In this document: positions 9,713 through 19,478 of the stretch, piece by piece
How the letters are laid out: every line of letters begins with the position of its first letter
Numbering within the stretch: the first letter of the stretch is position 1
DNA from: a plasmid
Length of the DNA stretch: 64,000 nucleotides
Sequence record: NZ_CP083859.1
Reading direction: 5' to 3' (one strand)
Program-made: the position numbers and the translations under genes
The notes under the pieces: model-generated
Database searches by the model: none
What the model was told of the DNA's origin: nothing
The model's input: the letters and a program-made list of their open reading frames with translations, nothing else

Positions 9713-10056
9713 GCTGTAGATTCCCCTGGCGACACGCGGTTAACAGCCAACCCTGAACATAATGCCAGAATGCCCTGCCGGTTTGCGTTGTGACCCTGAT
9801 CTTTAGTTTCTCCAGAATCTTGCGCACTGCAAATTCTGATTTATCACGCAGCACGCGCATTGCGCCTGCCACATCCTTATTCTGAATACAAATACTTAAA
9901 TTATGAAAATCGTTCACACCGCCCCCTTTCTTACACTCTTATTATCGGCTGCATGAATATTATATTTAGCGGAGTAGGAAAATTCCTAATAAAAATTCAT
10001 ATTAGCGCCCAAAATCTGGGCCAATTTATCGACCCTTTTATATATGTGGCGATCGC

Positions 10057-10557
10057 TCATGAATTATCTGTATTATTTGCTGAAATTTTTTCCCTGACCA
10101 GAGCGAAATCTTCACGAATAGATTTTGCGGCAGGCTTCCACCCTTTAGCCCATTCCTCGTTCATACGGCCTTCACTGACAATTTTGAGGGTGATGGCATA
10201 AGGGGTGCGCTGCAGTTTCTTCGACAGCCAGAGTATATGATCGTCGATTCTGTCATCCGGAATATCAGCAATAATCGAATGAATAAGGTCCAGGTCCTCA
10301 GGTGCCCACGGTTTTCCTGATCGCGGAAATACTTCATCCGGAAGGCGTGGTTTTTTTTCCTTTTCTTCTTTTACCTGCTTTTTAGCTTCTTTTTCCGCAG
10401 TGATGAGGCGCTGCCGCTCCGTTAACCCTCCCAGAATTGCAACCGTCCTGACCATATTTTCACGCTGCTCACGTGTAATATTTACTTCACCGCATATAAT
10501 GGCATTTAAAGTATCTACAAGGTTTTCCAGCTTGCTTTCTGTCAATTTTAACGTCAT
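10057..10557 (-). CDS. Hypothetical protein, co-oriented 12 bp downstream of the nuclease gene
   Basis: 166-aa ORF with a Lys/Glu-rich central segment. No motif recognised. Confidence 0.45.
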   Translation of the reverse strand: MTLKLTESKLENLVDTLNAIICGEVNITREQRENMVRTVAILGGLTERQRLITAEKEAKKQVKEEKEKKPRLPDEVFPRSGKPWAPEDLDLIHSIIADIPDDRIDDHILWLSKKLQRTPYAITLKIVSEGRMNEEWAKGWKPAAKSIREDFALVREKISANNTDNS

Positions 10558-10569
10558 TCAGAAATCTCC

Positions 10570-11064
10570 TTAATCATTATTCTTTTTTAGCCCATCCTGA
10601 TGCAGACTACGCCAGCGCCAGGGCTCTGTCTGACCCGGTTCTGACCAGAGTCCGACTGACTGACGGCGGGCTTCGGCCTCCAGAACAGCGTAGTCTGGCC
10701 GGACGGGTTTTCCGTGGTACCGGTATGCCCAGGCCAGGCCTTTGCGTACCTGTGCGGCATTTACATCCGTCATACCAAGCCATATGGTACCCAGCAGGCG
10801 TCCATAGCGATCCATTTCACTTCCCGTGACGGTTACGGGCCACTGAGCCACCATCGATGAGAGTTCCTGACGTGAACGCTGACCATAGGGCTGGCTCTTT
10901 TCCGGCGCATCGATGCCAGCCAGGCGAACGCGCGTCAGTCGGTTTCCTGGATCAAGTATCTCAACGGTATCCCCGTCCAGCACGCGCACAATCCGGCCGC
11001 TGATATCTGCACTGGCCGAAAACGCCACAACGAACAGGACCAGTGAGCAGAACTTCCGTTTCAT
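10570..11064 (-). CDS. nuc: Secreted thermonuclease (staphylococcal-nuclease-like Nuc)
   Basis: Signal peptide MKRKFCSLVLFVVAFSASA, then VRVLDGDTVEI...RVRLAGIDAPE...GRLLG, typical SNase-fold motifs. Confidence 0.8.
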   Translation of the reverse strand: MKRKFCSLVLFVVAFSASADISGRIVRVLDGDTVEILDPGNRLTRVRLAGIDAPEKSQPYGQRSRQELSSMVAQWPVTVTGSEMDRYGRLLGTIWLGMTDVNAAQVRKGLAWAYRYHGKPVRPDYAVLEAEARRQSVGLWSEPGQTEPWRWRSLHQDGLKKNND

Positions 11065-11123
11065 TATTTATTATCCCCGGTTGCATACCCTGCGGATATT
11101 AAGCTCGTAAATTTCAACTCGGC

Positions 11124-11483
11124 TTATCCTCCAACGAGGCTTTTTAAAGGTATGCCAAACATTGAATGTAATTTCCTGATCATGGGCAGCGTCAGATTAC
11201 GTTTGCGGTTAAGCACTTCATAGACCCGGTTAGATTTTCCAATTGCCGGCTCAAGATCTTTTACCGTCAGCCCCTGCTGTTCCATCCTGAATTTAATAGC
11301 TTCAATCGGATCCGGGGCTTCGATAGGAAAGTGTTTGTTTTCGTATTCATTAATCAGCACACACATGATTTCGAAAAAGTCTCCCTCCGGGGTATCAGCA
11401 GGAGGCTCGTCATCAAACATAGGCTCTACAGCGCGTAACGCATCTTCATAGTCCTGTTCAGTTTTAATTGGTTTAATCTGCAT
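11124..11483 (-). CDS. higA: HigA antitoxin (XRE-family HTH)
   Basis: 119 aa, downstream of the toxin with a 5-bp gap. HTH segment KSNRVYEVLNRKR. Confidence 0.75.
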   Translation of the reverse strand: MQIKPIKTEQDYEDALRAVEPMFDDEPPADTPEGDFFEIMCVLINEYENKHFPIEAPDPIEAIKFRMEQQGLTVKDLEPAIGKSNRVYEVLNRKRNLTLPMIRKLHSMFGIPLKSLVGG

Positions 11484-11488
11484 AGGGT

Positions 11489-11791
11489 TTACTCCAGGCT
11501 GACAGTTTCAGCATCTATTTTGTCATATTCTTTATGCGTACCAATGAATTTGATAAACATCCATCCTCGCTGGTATGCAATCGCAACAATTAACCGGTAG
11601 TCATTTCCCTTAATATTAAAAACCACTCGCCTGTTTTTAAGAATACTGGCACTGCGGTATTGTTCTTTGATTTCTGCCGGAGTTTTCCATTCAGCTTTAC
11701 TGGCCTCATCTACCCAGGCTTTTAGCGGCTGCTCTGCATCGGGATTCGCCGTCCAGAAATCCCTCAGTGTCTTGATAGCGATTATCTTCAT
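11489..11791 (-). CDS. higB: HigB toxin (RelE/ParE superfamily mRNA interferase)
   Basis: 100 aa, upstream of higA (toxin-first order typical of higBA). ...FNIKGNDYRLIVAIAYQRGWMFIKFIGTHKEYDKI. Confidence 0.75.
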   Translation of the reverse strand: MKIIAIKTLRDFWTANPDAEQPLKAWVDEASKAEWKTPAEIKEQYRSASILKNRRVVFNIKGNDYRLIVAIAYQRGWMFIKFIGTHKEYDKIDAETVSLE

Positions 11792-11801
11792 GTCATGATG
11801 A

Positions 11802-11858
11802 TAGTCCCATTTTAGGACTACTTCAAGTTTTTTGTCCCGTTATGGGACTTAAATTTAT
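11802..11858. promoter_or_regulatory. higBA promoter with two palindromic operators
   Basis: TAGTCC-N6-GGACTA (11802-11820) and GTCCC-gttat-GGGAC (11844-11858), 10-70 bp upstream of the higB start. Confidence 0.5.
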
Positions 11859-12396
11859 CTGAAGATACAGGGGGCAGTTTGGAGACCGGAGTTTTTTTAC
11901 GTTAAACGTATTATTTAACCGATCGCGAGGCGTAACGGAATGATTTTGCGTCAGAGGCTATCGCTTTTAATTTAACGCCCTTGCGATATCGCAGTTGCGG
12001 TCCAGTTCTGCTGGCTGCACGGGATATGACCTGGTATATTGAGACAACCGCCAGGCGTTAATACAGGGATACAACGAAGGAAATCAAGGCTCAACAGTTT
12101 GTCACATCAACGGGACGACAGGTGCTTACCGACAACGGCCAGCAAGGTATGGGTTGCGTAGCAGGTATCGGCTGAAAACTGAAAAGTGTCAGGGACGCGT
12201 AGCTGAAGCAATTTTTGCGAACTGCGCGGAACTGGATAACGACCAGTTTATCGAGACCATCGATTGGATTAGGCTCTATAAGCGCTGAATGCCACCATCA
12301 GGTATGTAACAGTTAAGTGATATACGAAGTGTAGGGATATTTTATGATTGGAGAATTAAAATCTGAGAGACAAACCATTGTGTACGGGAGGTCACA

Positions 12397-12648
12397 ATGA
12401 AAAACTGGACCAGAAACTTTATTGATGACATGAAGCATATCTGGCGGGAATTCAGGCGGGATATTGCTGAAACTAATGCTAAAAAAAACCTCAATGATGA
12501 TGATGTGGCTGGCGTTAGCCATTCCGTTGACTGGAATAATGTACCTGATTTAGATCCGCGAAAGGCGGTTAACAACCTCGATAACTTCTACTCACGGCAA
12601 TTAAGGGGAACGGAATATCCAGGTACGCGATATCAGCACAGGAACTAA
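12397..12648 (+). CDS. Hypothetical small protein
   Basis: 83-aa ORF with a GGGAGG RBS 8 bp upstream. Confidence 0.4.
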   Translation: MKNWTRNFIDDMKHIWREFRRDIAETNAKKNLNDDDVAGVSHSVDWNNVPDLDPRKAVNNLDNFYSRQLRGTEYPGTRYQHRN

Positions 12649-12876
12649 ATGTTTTGCGCATGCGCAAAATGCAGCTGAGTCTGCATTTTTTTGACTAAAA
12701 GCAATGTTCGAATCTTTTTGTTACCTCGTTTGCTGATGCCCAGCAATGTTGTCCGGCCACCAGTGCTGTACTGACGGGTACCAGCCCTGTTGCCGCAGTA
12801 AAATCACGACTACTACCGTACTGCTTCCCGTCACCAACCTCAGTTGAAATGGTACTGGCCGTTAGCGGGGGTTGAA

Positions 12877-13121
12877 GGCCAACCGGACGAGAACGCACGC
12901 GAAGTACATTTTTTGAGCGGTCAGACGAGTAAAGAAAACGAGGATTTTGTTTACTCTTTTCGTTGATGCCAGTAGCCATGCGGTTTCAGGTACTTTCAGT
13001 GTTAATAAACCCGGTAATCAAATCAACGTAAACCTGACGAACAACGCCACGACTTCATAGACCTAAAATCATGCAGTTAGGTTCTTAGCGTACATTTCCG
13101 CTCCATTGGGCTTCAAACCCC
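12877..13121 (+). repeat. Direct repeat copy 1 (about 250 bp) beginning with a Tn1000-like IR
   Basis: GGGGTTGAAGGCCAACCGGACGAGAACGCACGCGAAG resembles the gamma-delta IR (GGGGTTTGAGGGCCAATGGAACGAAAACGTACGTTAAG). About 97% identical to copy 2. Confidence 0.8.
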
Positions 13122-13342
13122 GACTATGACAAACTCATGCTTCCAGTTCGTCAGACACGGCAAAGCGCCGCTAAAAGGCAACAGCCTATGCGGTAGCGTG
13201 TTCATGCAGGGGAATAGGTCGAGAGGTCTTGAAGTATGCGCCTAACTGCGGCTACACTGAGATCACTGATTTGGTGACGTTGTTCCCCTAGAACACGCTA
13301 CCTGGCTAATCAGTCCTGAGAAAACTGGTTAGCCCGTCAAAG

Positions 13343-13372
13343 CCCGCGCCTGAGAACGCGGGTTTTTTCGTT
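13343..13372 (+). terminator. Rho-independent terminator (AAAGCCCGCGCC-tgagaa-CGCGGGTTTTTTCG)
   Basis: GC-rich hairpin followed by a T-run. Confidence 0.6.
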
Positions 13373-13449
13373 TAGGGAAAGAAGATACGCTGCACATCCC
13401 CGCCACGTCAATCAACCATCACGATCAGGCTATGATGCTAATGTCGAGC

Positions 13450-13623
13450 TTAACGCCAAACCAGAAGAATGCCAGCCACTAAAAAGACGAAAAAAGCGCA
13501 ATATAGACTGATGGCAGGCTTAGTTTCATGCTCCCCAGCAACAACAGTGACTAGCGAGACTAAGCTGACAAACAACAGCAAAAAGCCAATTGCAGTGTTA
13601 TGGGCATATACAAAATCCATCAT
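13450..13623 (-). CDS. Small hydrophobic protein (57 aa, 2 predicted TM helices) between the two repeat copies
   Basis: AAGGAA RBS. Translation MMDFVYAHNTAIGFLLLFVSLVSLVTVVAGEHETKPAISLYCAFFVFLVAGILLVWR. Not in the ORF track because it is under 60 aa. Confidence 0.35.
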   Translation of the reverse strand: MMDFVYAHNTAIGFLLLFVSLVSLVTVVAGEHETKPAISLYCAFFVFLVAGILLVWR

Positions 13624-13757
13624 AATATTCCTTTTTCAAATAAGAGCTGTGTTTGAGGTTAAAAGCCAAAGCAGGTTAGCAACAAAATCCGTAATCGGCA
13701 CGCCATAAAATCAGGTAAGCGTTAAGTGAGCGCCGTATTGACGGTTATTTATCGGTG

Positions 13758-14011
13758 GGGGTTGAAGGCCAACCGGACGAGAACGTACGCGAAGTACATT
13801 TTTTGAGCGGTCAGACGAGTAAAGAAAACGAGGATTTTGTTTACTCTTTTCGTTGATGCCAGTAGCCATGCGGTTTCAGGTACTTTCAGTGTTAATAAAC
13901 CCGGTAATCAAATCAACGTAAACCTGACGAACAACGCCACGACTTTATAGACCTAAAATCATGCAGTTAGGTTCTTAGCGTACATTTCCGCTCCATTGGG
14001 CTTCAAACCCC
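13758..14011 (+). repeat. Direct repeat copy 2 (Tn1000-like IR + about 215 bp)
   Basis: Same orientation as copy 1, about 890 bp to its right. Confidence 0.8.
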
Positions 14012-14140
14012 TAGATCCGAAAAATACCAGAACCGGAACCGGGTAACACAGCAGCCCAAAATATTCCTCTCCTGTGTTACCGACATTCCCCTCAGGCGTG
14101 GACATAATGACCGTGACAGCAAAACTGATGAGGAAAAGAA

Positions 14141-14374
14141 ATGAAATTCATCCCTGCCCGTACTGCCGCCGATGTGCTGGAGATAATGAAATCATACCGT
14201 GACGATCTGCGTGAAAAGACATTGTATGAACTATCCTGGTCTGTGCTGGAAAGGCTCATTTCACGTGATAGGGGTCCGCTTGGAAAACGGAAAATATCCT
14301 ACGCTAAGACTAATTTTATGACAGACGGCTTTGTTCGAAAAGCAGACTCAAAAATTATCGGTGGCTCTATATAA
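14141..14374 (+). CDS. Hypothetical small protein
   Basis: 77-aa ORF with a GAGGAAAAG RBS. Confidence 0.4.
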   Translation: MKFIPARTAADVLEIMKSYRDDLREKTLYELSWSVLERLISRDRGPLGKRKISYAKTNFMTDGFVRKADSKIIGGSI

Positions 14375-14435
14375 AGGATGACTACATAAAAAAGACACAG
14401 AAGTACCCTTCTGAATTCATGCCGAGGGGAACATT

Positions 14436-15344
14436 TTACTGGTTTATTTCTTCACGCAGACGTCTGATATCACGTAGCGGCGACTCGCCAAACTCTCTGC
14501 TGTACTCGCGGCTAAACTGGGAAGCACTCTCATAGCCTACTTTTATCGCCGCGCTCACCGCGTCAAGATGGCTGTTCAGCATTTGCTGTCGTGCCTCCTG
14601 AAGTCTGAGCTTCTTGATAAACTGTAGCGGACTCATCCCTGTCACTGACCGGAAATGGTGACGAAATGATGACGTGCTCATCGACGAGCGGGAAGCCAGC
14701 TCATCTATGCTGACTGGCTGAGTAAAGTGTTGTTTAAGCCAGGCAACTGCCCCGGAAATTTGTTGCCCAGGCGAACCCGGTGATGCGATATGGCGAAGCG
14801 CACTCCCATAGGGGCCTGTCAGCAGCCGAATGATGATCTCCTGCTGTATGAGCGGGGCAAGATGCTGAATTAAAGGTGGTTCGTCATTCAGTGACAGCAG
14901 TCTTCTCAACGTATCAGCAAGTCCCGCGTCAAGCTCATTAACGGCCAGCGGATCAAAAACCGATGATTTAGCCGCTGGTCGAAAAGGGATCATTGCCGCC
15001 GTCTGCATCACAGCAGCGGGCTCAATAGTGACCATCATCCCCAGGAACGGTGCGGATGCTGTCGCCGTCGCAACATGTGACACGACCGGAAGCTCAAGTG
15101 TGGTGAGCAGTGTTTGCCCTGCGCGGTAGCCAGTTACTTTTCCTCCCAGCACCACTTCTTTACTGCCCTGAATAACCACACCTAAGCCAATGCCATAGAT
15201 ACAATGCACGGGAGTGGTCGGTGCATTTCGTCGGTGCACCGATAACGACGGAACTACAGTTGTGAAATCACCATCGTATTGTGCAATCTCGTTAATTTTC
15301 TCAGCAAGCATTTTAAGGCTTTGTTCTAAGGAAAAGTCCTGCAT
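14436..15344 (-). CDS. AraC-family transcriptional regulator
   Basis: C-terminal AraC HTH (SSFRHHFRSVTGMSPLQFIKKLRLQEARQQM). Divergent from the oxidoreductase operon. Confidence 0.85.
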   Translation of the reverse strand: MQDFSLEQSLKMLAEKINEIAQYDGDFTTVVPSLSVHRRNAPTTPVHCIYGIGLGVVIQGSKEVVLGGKVTGYRAGQTLLTTLELPVVSHVATATASAPFLGMMVTIEPAAVMQTAAMIPFRPAAKSSVFDPLAVNELDAGLADTLRRLLSLNDEPPLIQHLAPLIQQEIIIRLLTGPYGSALRHIASPGSPGQQISGAVAWLKQHFTQPVSIDELASRSSMSTSSFRHHFRSVTGMSPLQFIKKLRLQEARQQMLNSHLDAVSAAIKVGYESASQFSREYSREFGESPLRDIRRLREEINQ

Positions 15345-15519
15345 CTCTCAGTCCTGATAACTCTCATGATTCAATAGTAACGTAAAAATTAAAATATCAT
15401 TTATGGAAGCCAATAACCCAATTCATGAAAAATAAATCATTTCAGGCAATGATTGTGGTGAAGTGAGCAAGCCATCTTAGCGCTTTGTGGTCAATAATGC
15501 TTCTATCATGTTCCTGCTT

Positions 15520-16626
15520 ATGGAGTGCTTTGTGACAGGTTTATTTTCTTCATTTTCGCTGAAAGATATTACGCTACGTAATCGGATAGCAGTTTCTCCC
15601 ATGTGTCAGTACCAGGCTGTCGATGGCTTTATCAATGACTGGCACAGTACCCATTATTCCATGCTCGCACGTGGGGGGGCTGGTCTCGTTGTCGTTGAAG
15701 CCACTGCCGTAGCACCTGAGGGCCGAATTACACCCGGTGATGTCGGATTATGGAGTGATGAACACATCTCAGGGCTGTCGTCCATTGCCGCAGCAATTAA
15801 GGCAGCCGGGGCTGTCGCAGGGATTCAGCTCGCCCATGCGGGCCGAAAAGCCGGCTGTACGCCACCATGGCAGGGTGGCGCACCTCTGGATCGAGATGAT
15901 ACACAGGCGTGGGAGCCCGTCGGGCCTTCCGCCGTCCCCTTCGTACCCGGGAATGACTATATTCCCCGTGAAATGACCAAAGATAACATCCGACAAACGC
16001 AGCAGGACTTTGCCCGAGCGGCAGAGCGTGCCTGCCAGGCTGGTTTCCAGTGGCTGGAACTGCATTTTGCCCATGGTTTCCTGGCACAAAGTTTTCTTTC
16101 CTCACAGTCAAATACCCGTTCGGATGAATATGGCGGTTCTCTTGAAGGGCGTGCCCGCTTCTTACTGGAGACAGTAGCTGAAGTCCGCAAGTTCTGGCCT
16201 GATAATTTCCCCTTAACGGTACGCCTCGGCGTGGTTGAATTTGATGACTGTCCTGAACATTCTTTCAGCGAATCACTCAAAGTAATCGGCTGGCTGAAGG
16301 ATGCCGGAGTTGATTTTGTTGATGTGGGTCTTTCTCTGGCAACGCCAGGTGAGAACATCCCGTGGGCGGCAAACTTTATGATTCCATGGGCTGCACGTGT
16401 TCGCCGGGAGAAAAACATTCCTGTCGGGACAAGCTGGATGATTACTCAGGCTAAAGAAGCGAATGAATTCATACAGGACGGTAAAGTAGATGTGATCTTT
16501 TTCGCCCGCACATTGCTGGCTAATCCGCACTGGCCATATCGCGCGGCGCGGGAGCTTGAAACCTCCGACCCGCACGCTGTATTACCCACACCCTATGCAT
16601 ACTGGTTACAAAACTGGTCCGAATGA
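15520..16626 (+). CDS. Old Yellow Enzyme family NADH:flavin oxidoreductase (YqjM/NemA-like ene-reductase)
   Basis: N-terminal LKDITLRNRIAVSPMCQY is the OYE FMN-binding signature; HAAHGFL-like HFAHGFLAQSFLS is also present. The start is uncertain: ATG 15487/15508/15520 or GTG 15532, the last with a GGAG RBS. Confidence 0.8.
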   Translation: MECFVTGLFSSFSLKDITLRNRIAVSPMCQYQAVDGFINDWHSTHYSMLARGGAGLVVVEATAVAPEGRITPGDVGLWSDEHISGLSSIAAAIKAAGAVAGIQLAHAGRKAGCTPPWQGGAPLDRDDTQAWEPVGPSAVPFVPGNDYIPREMTKDNIRQTQQDFARAAERACQAGFQWLELHFAHGFLAQSFLSSQSNTRSDEYGGSLEGRARFLLETVAEVRKFWPDNFPLTVRLGVVEFDDCPEHSFSESLKVIGWLKDAGVDFVDVGLSLATPGENIPWAANFMIPWAARVRREKNIPVGTSWMITQAKEANEFIQDGKVDVIFFARTLLANPHWPYRAARELETSDPHAVLPTPYAYWLQNWSE

Positions 16627-16705
16627 CCATAACAGGTTGCGTCGTCCCGGCCACGTAACCTGCCCTCATCAGGGGGATCCGTCCTGGTAGTGAAACCTTT
16701 ATTAA

Positions 16706-17890
<1,185 letters not shown>

Positions 17891-17931
17891 TTCCCGCCTG
17901 AGGTCAGACTTAAACTATTGGAAGAAATTTT

Positions 17932-18660
17932 ATGAATATTGAGAAGAAAAAAAGAGTCGCTGTTGTTACCGGATCATCCTCTGGTATAGGTGAAGCTATC
18001 GCACGTGAACTGGCAGGAAACGGAATTACGGTTGTGCTTTTGGCCCGTCGATTCGAACGTATTGATGTTTTGGCCAGCGAGCTGGGGCACGGAGCAATTG
18101 CGATTAAAGCTGACGTGACAGAGCGTGAATCGATTGTGGCTGCGGCTAATCAGGTTGAACAAGCGTTAGGTGGTGTGGATATCCTGATAAATAATGCCGG
18201 TGTAATGTTAACGGGCCCTTTTGATTCAAGCCAGCGTGATGAACACCGCCAGATGATAGAAACAAACCTCCTAGGAGCAATGACAGTAACAGAGGTATTT
18301 CTCCCACAATTGCGTCGAAACAAGGGCGATCTCGTCAATATCTCTTCTGTAGCAGGTCGGGTCGCACCTTCAGGGTTTGCAGCGTATGCGGCAACAAAAT
18401 GGGGGATAAATGGATGGTCAGAAGCACTTCGGGTGGAACTACAGCCTGACATTCGCGTCATGGTGATTGAGCCCGGCGCTATTGCAACAGAATTAGCCGA
18501 TCATATTACTCACGAGGAAAGCCAGTCTGTGGCAAAATCTGCACTGGACTGGGCTATCCCGCCTTCCGATATCGCTGAGGTCATAGCATTTGCTGTCAAC
18601 CTGCCGAAGCGCACGAGTATCAACGAGATATTGATCAGACCTACTGTTCAAATGATGTAA
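17932..18660 (+). CDS. Short-chain dehydrogenase/reductase (SDR)
   Basis: VAVVTGSSSGIGEAIA Rossmann motif, NNAG, S...YAATK catalytic motif. Confidence 0.85.
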   Translation: MNIEKKKRVAVVTGSSSGIGEAIARELAGNGITVVLLARRFERIDVLASELGHGAIAIKADVTERESIVAAANQVEQALGGVDILINNAGVMLTGPFDSSQRDEHRQMIETNLLGAMTVTEVFLPQLRRNKGDLVNISSVAGRVAPSGFAAYAATKWGINGWSEALRVELQPDIRVMVIEPGAIATELADHITHEESQSVAKSALDWAIPPSDIAEVIAFAVNLPKRTSINEILIRPTVQMM

Positions 18661-18733
18661 GAAAAAATATGCGGATCGCATAAAACCTGTTCCTTATGCG
18701 GTCCCTGCCTTCACCGTCGATGGAGGTTTATAT

Positions 18734-19318
18734 TCAATACTGTTGATGCCCTGCCTTTACCCGAAGTATGGTTTGTCGGGTTGTATTAAATTCCCGGGCT
18801 ATAGCGCTAATACTGATTCCGGCATCAATACGTTCTGCAACTGCTTGTTTCTGTTGTTCACTCAGCACGGGCGGACGACCAAAACGTTTACCTGAAGCCT
18901 TTGCTCGAGCAATCCCGGAGTGTGTGCGTTCAAGTAGCAAATCTCGCTCAAATTCCGCCACCGCTGAAATAACCTGCATGGTCATTCTCCCGGCTGCACT
19001 GGTCAGATCAACACCTCCTAGCGCCAGACAATGGACGCGAATATCTGACGCAGCCAGCTGCTCAACTGTTTTTCTTATATCCATGGCATTACGCCCAAGA
19101 CGATCCAGTTTAGTGACAATCAGCACATCACCATTTTCCATACGATCAAGTAGGCGGATAAAGCCGGGACGTTCACTGGCAGCAACAGAGCCACTGATAT
19201 GCTCCTCAATCAATCGCTGGGGTCTGATGGAAAATCCCGCAGCTTCAATTTCACGACGCTGATTTTCGGTTGTCTGCTCCAGTGTAGATACACGACAGTA
19301 GGCAAAAACACGTGACAT
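18734..19318 (-). CDS. tnpR: Serine recombinase / resolvase TnpR
   Basis: [15 protein letters not shown]...[15 protein letters not shown]... with a C-terminal HTH. The true start is the internal Met at 19318; the longer ORF call is an artefact. Confidence 0.85.
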   Translation of the reverse strand: MSRVFAYCRVSTLEQTTENQRREIEAAGFSIRPQRLIEEHISGSVAASERPGFIRLLDRMENGDVLIVTKLDRLGRNAMDIRKTVEQLAASDIRVHCLALGGVDLTSAAGRMTMQVISAVAEFERDLLLERTHSGIARAKASGKRFGRPPVLSEQQKQAVAERIDAGISISAIAREFNTTRQTILRVKAGHQQY

Positions 19319-19478
19319 AATGATACTTTCTGTACGAAAAGGATGTACGAATTGTAACGCATGTACGATAGTGAATTCACTGATTTTCGTACAGTAATGA
19401 TAATAGATGTACGAAACCGACCGGTTTCGGTCAGTGTAAAGTGATAACAAAAATAAACTATATGCAGAGGAAGCATCT
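19319..19478. promoter_or_regulatory. res site region with divergent tnpR/tnpA promoters
   Basis: Repeated TGTACGAA / TCGTACA motifs (resolvase-binding half-sites) between tnpR and tnpA. Confidence 0.55.

Noticed and set aside
9009-9917. 302-aa ORF on the minus strand overlapping traX in another frame
   Set aside because: It lies entirely within and beyond the well-supported traX gene on the same strand. It is Arg/Gly/Ala-rich, typical of an off-frame read of a GC-rich gene, and has no RBS or motifs.
12695-12979. 94-aa ORF (MATGINEK...) reading through the Tn1000-like IR
   Set aside because: It runs across a transposon terminal repeat and into flanking DNA. The same start segment occurs in repeat copy 2 with a different continuation. 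It is most likely non-coding repeat sequence.
15737-16575. Multiple 79-153-aa ORFs overlapping the OYE gene on both strands
   Set aside because: Alternative-frame or antisense reads of a GC-rich, motif-supported gene.
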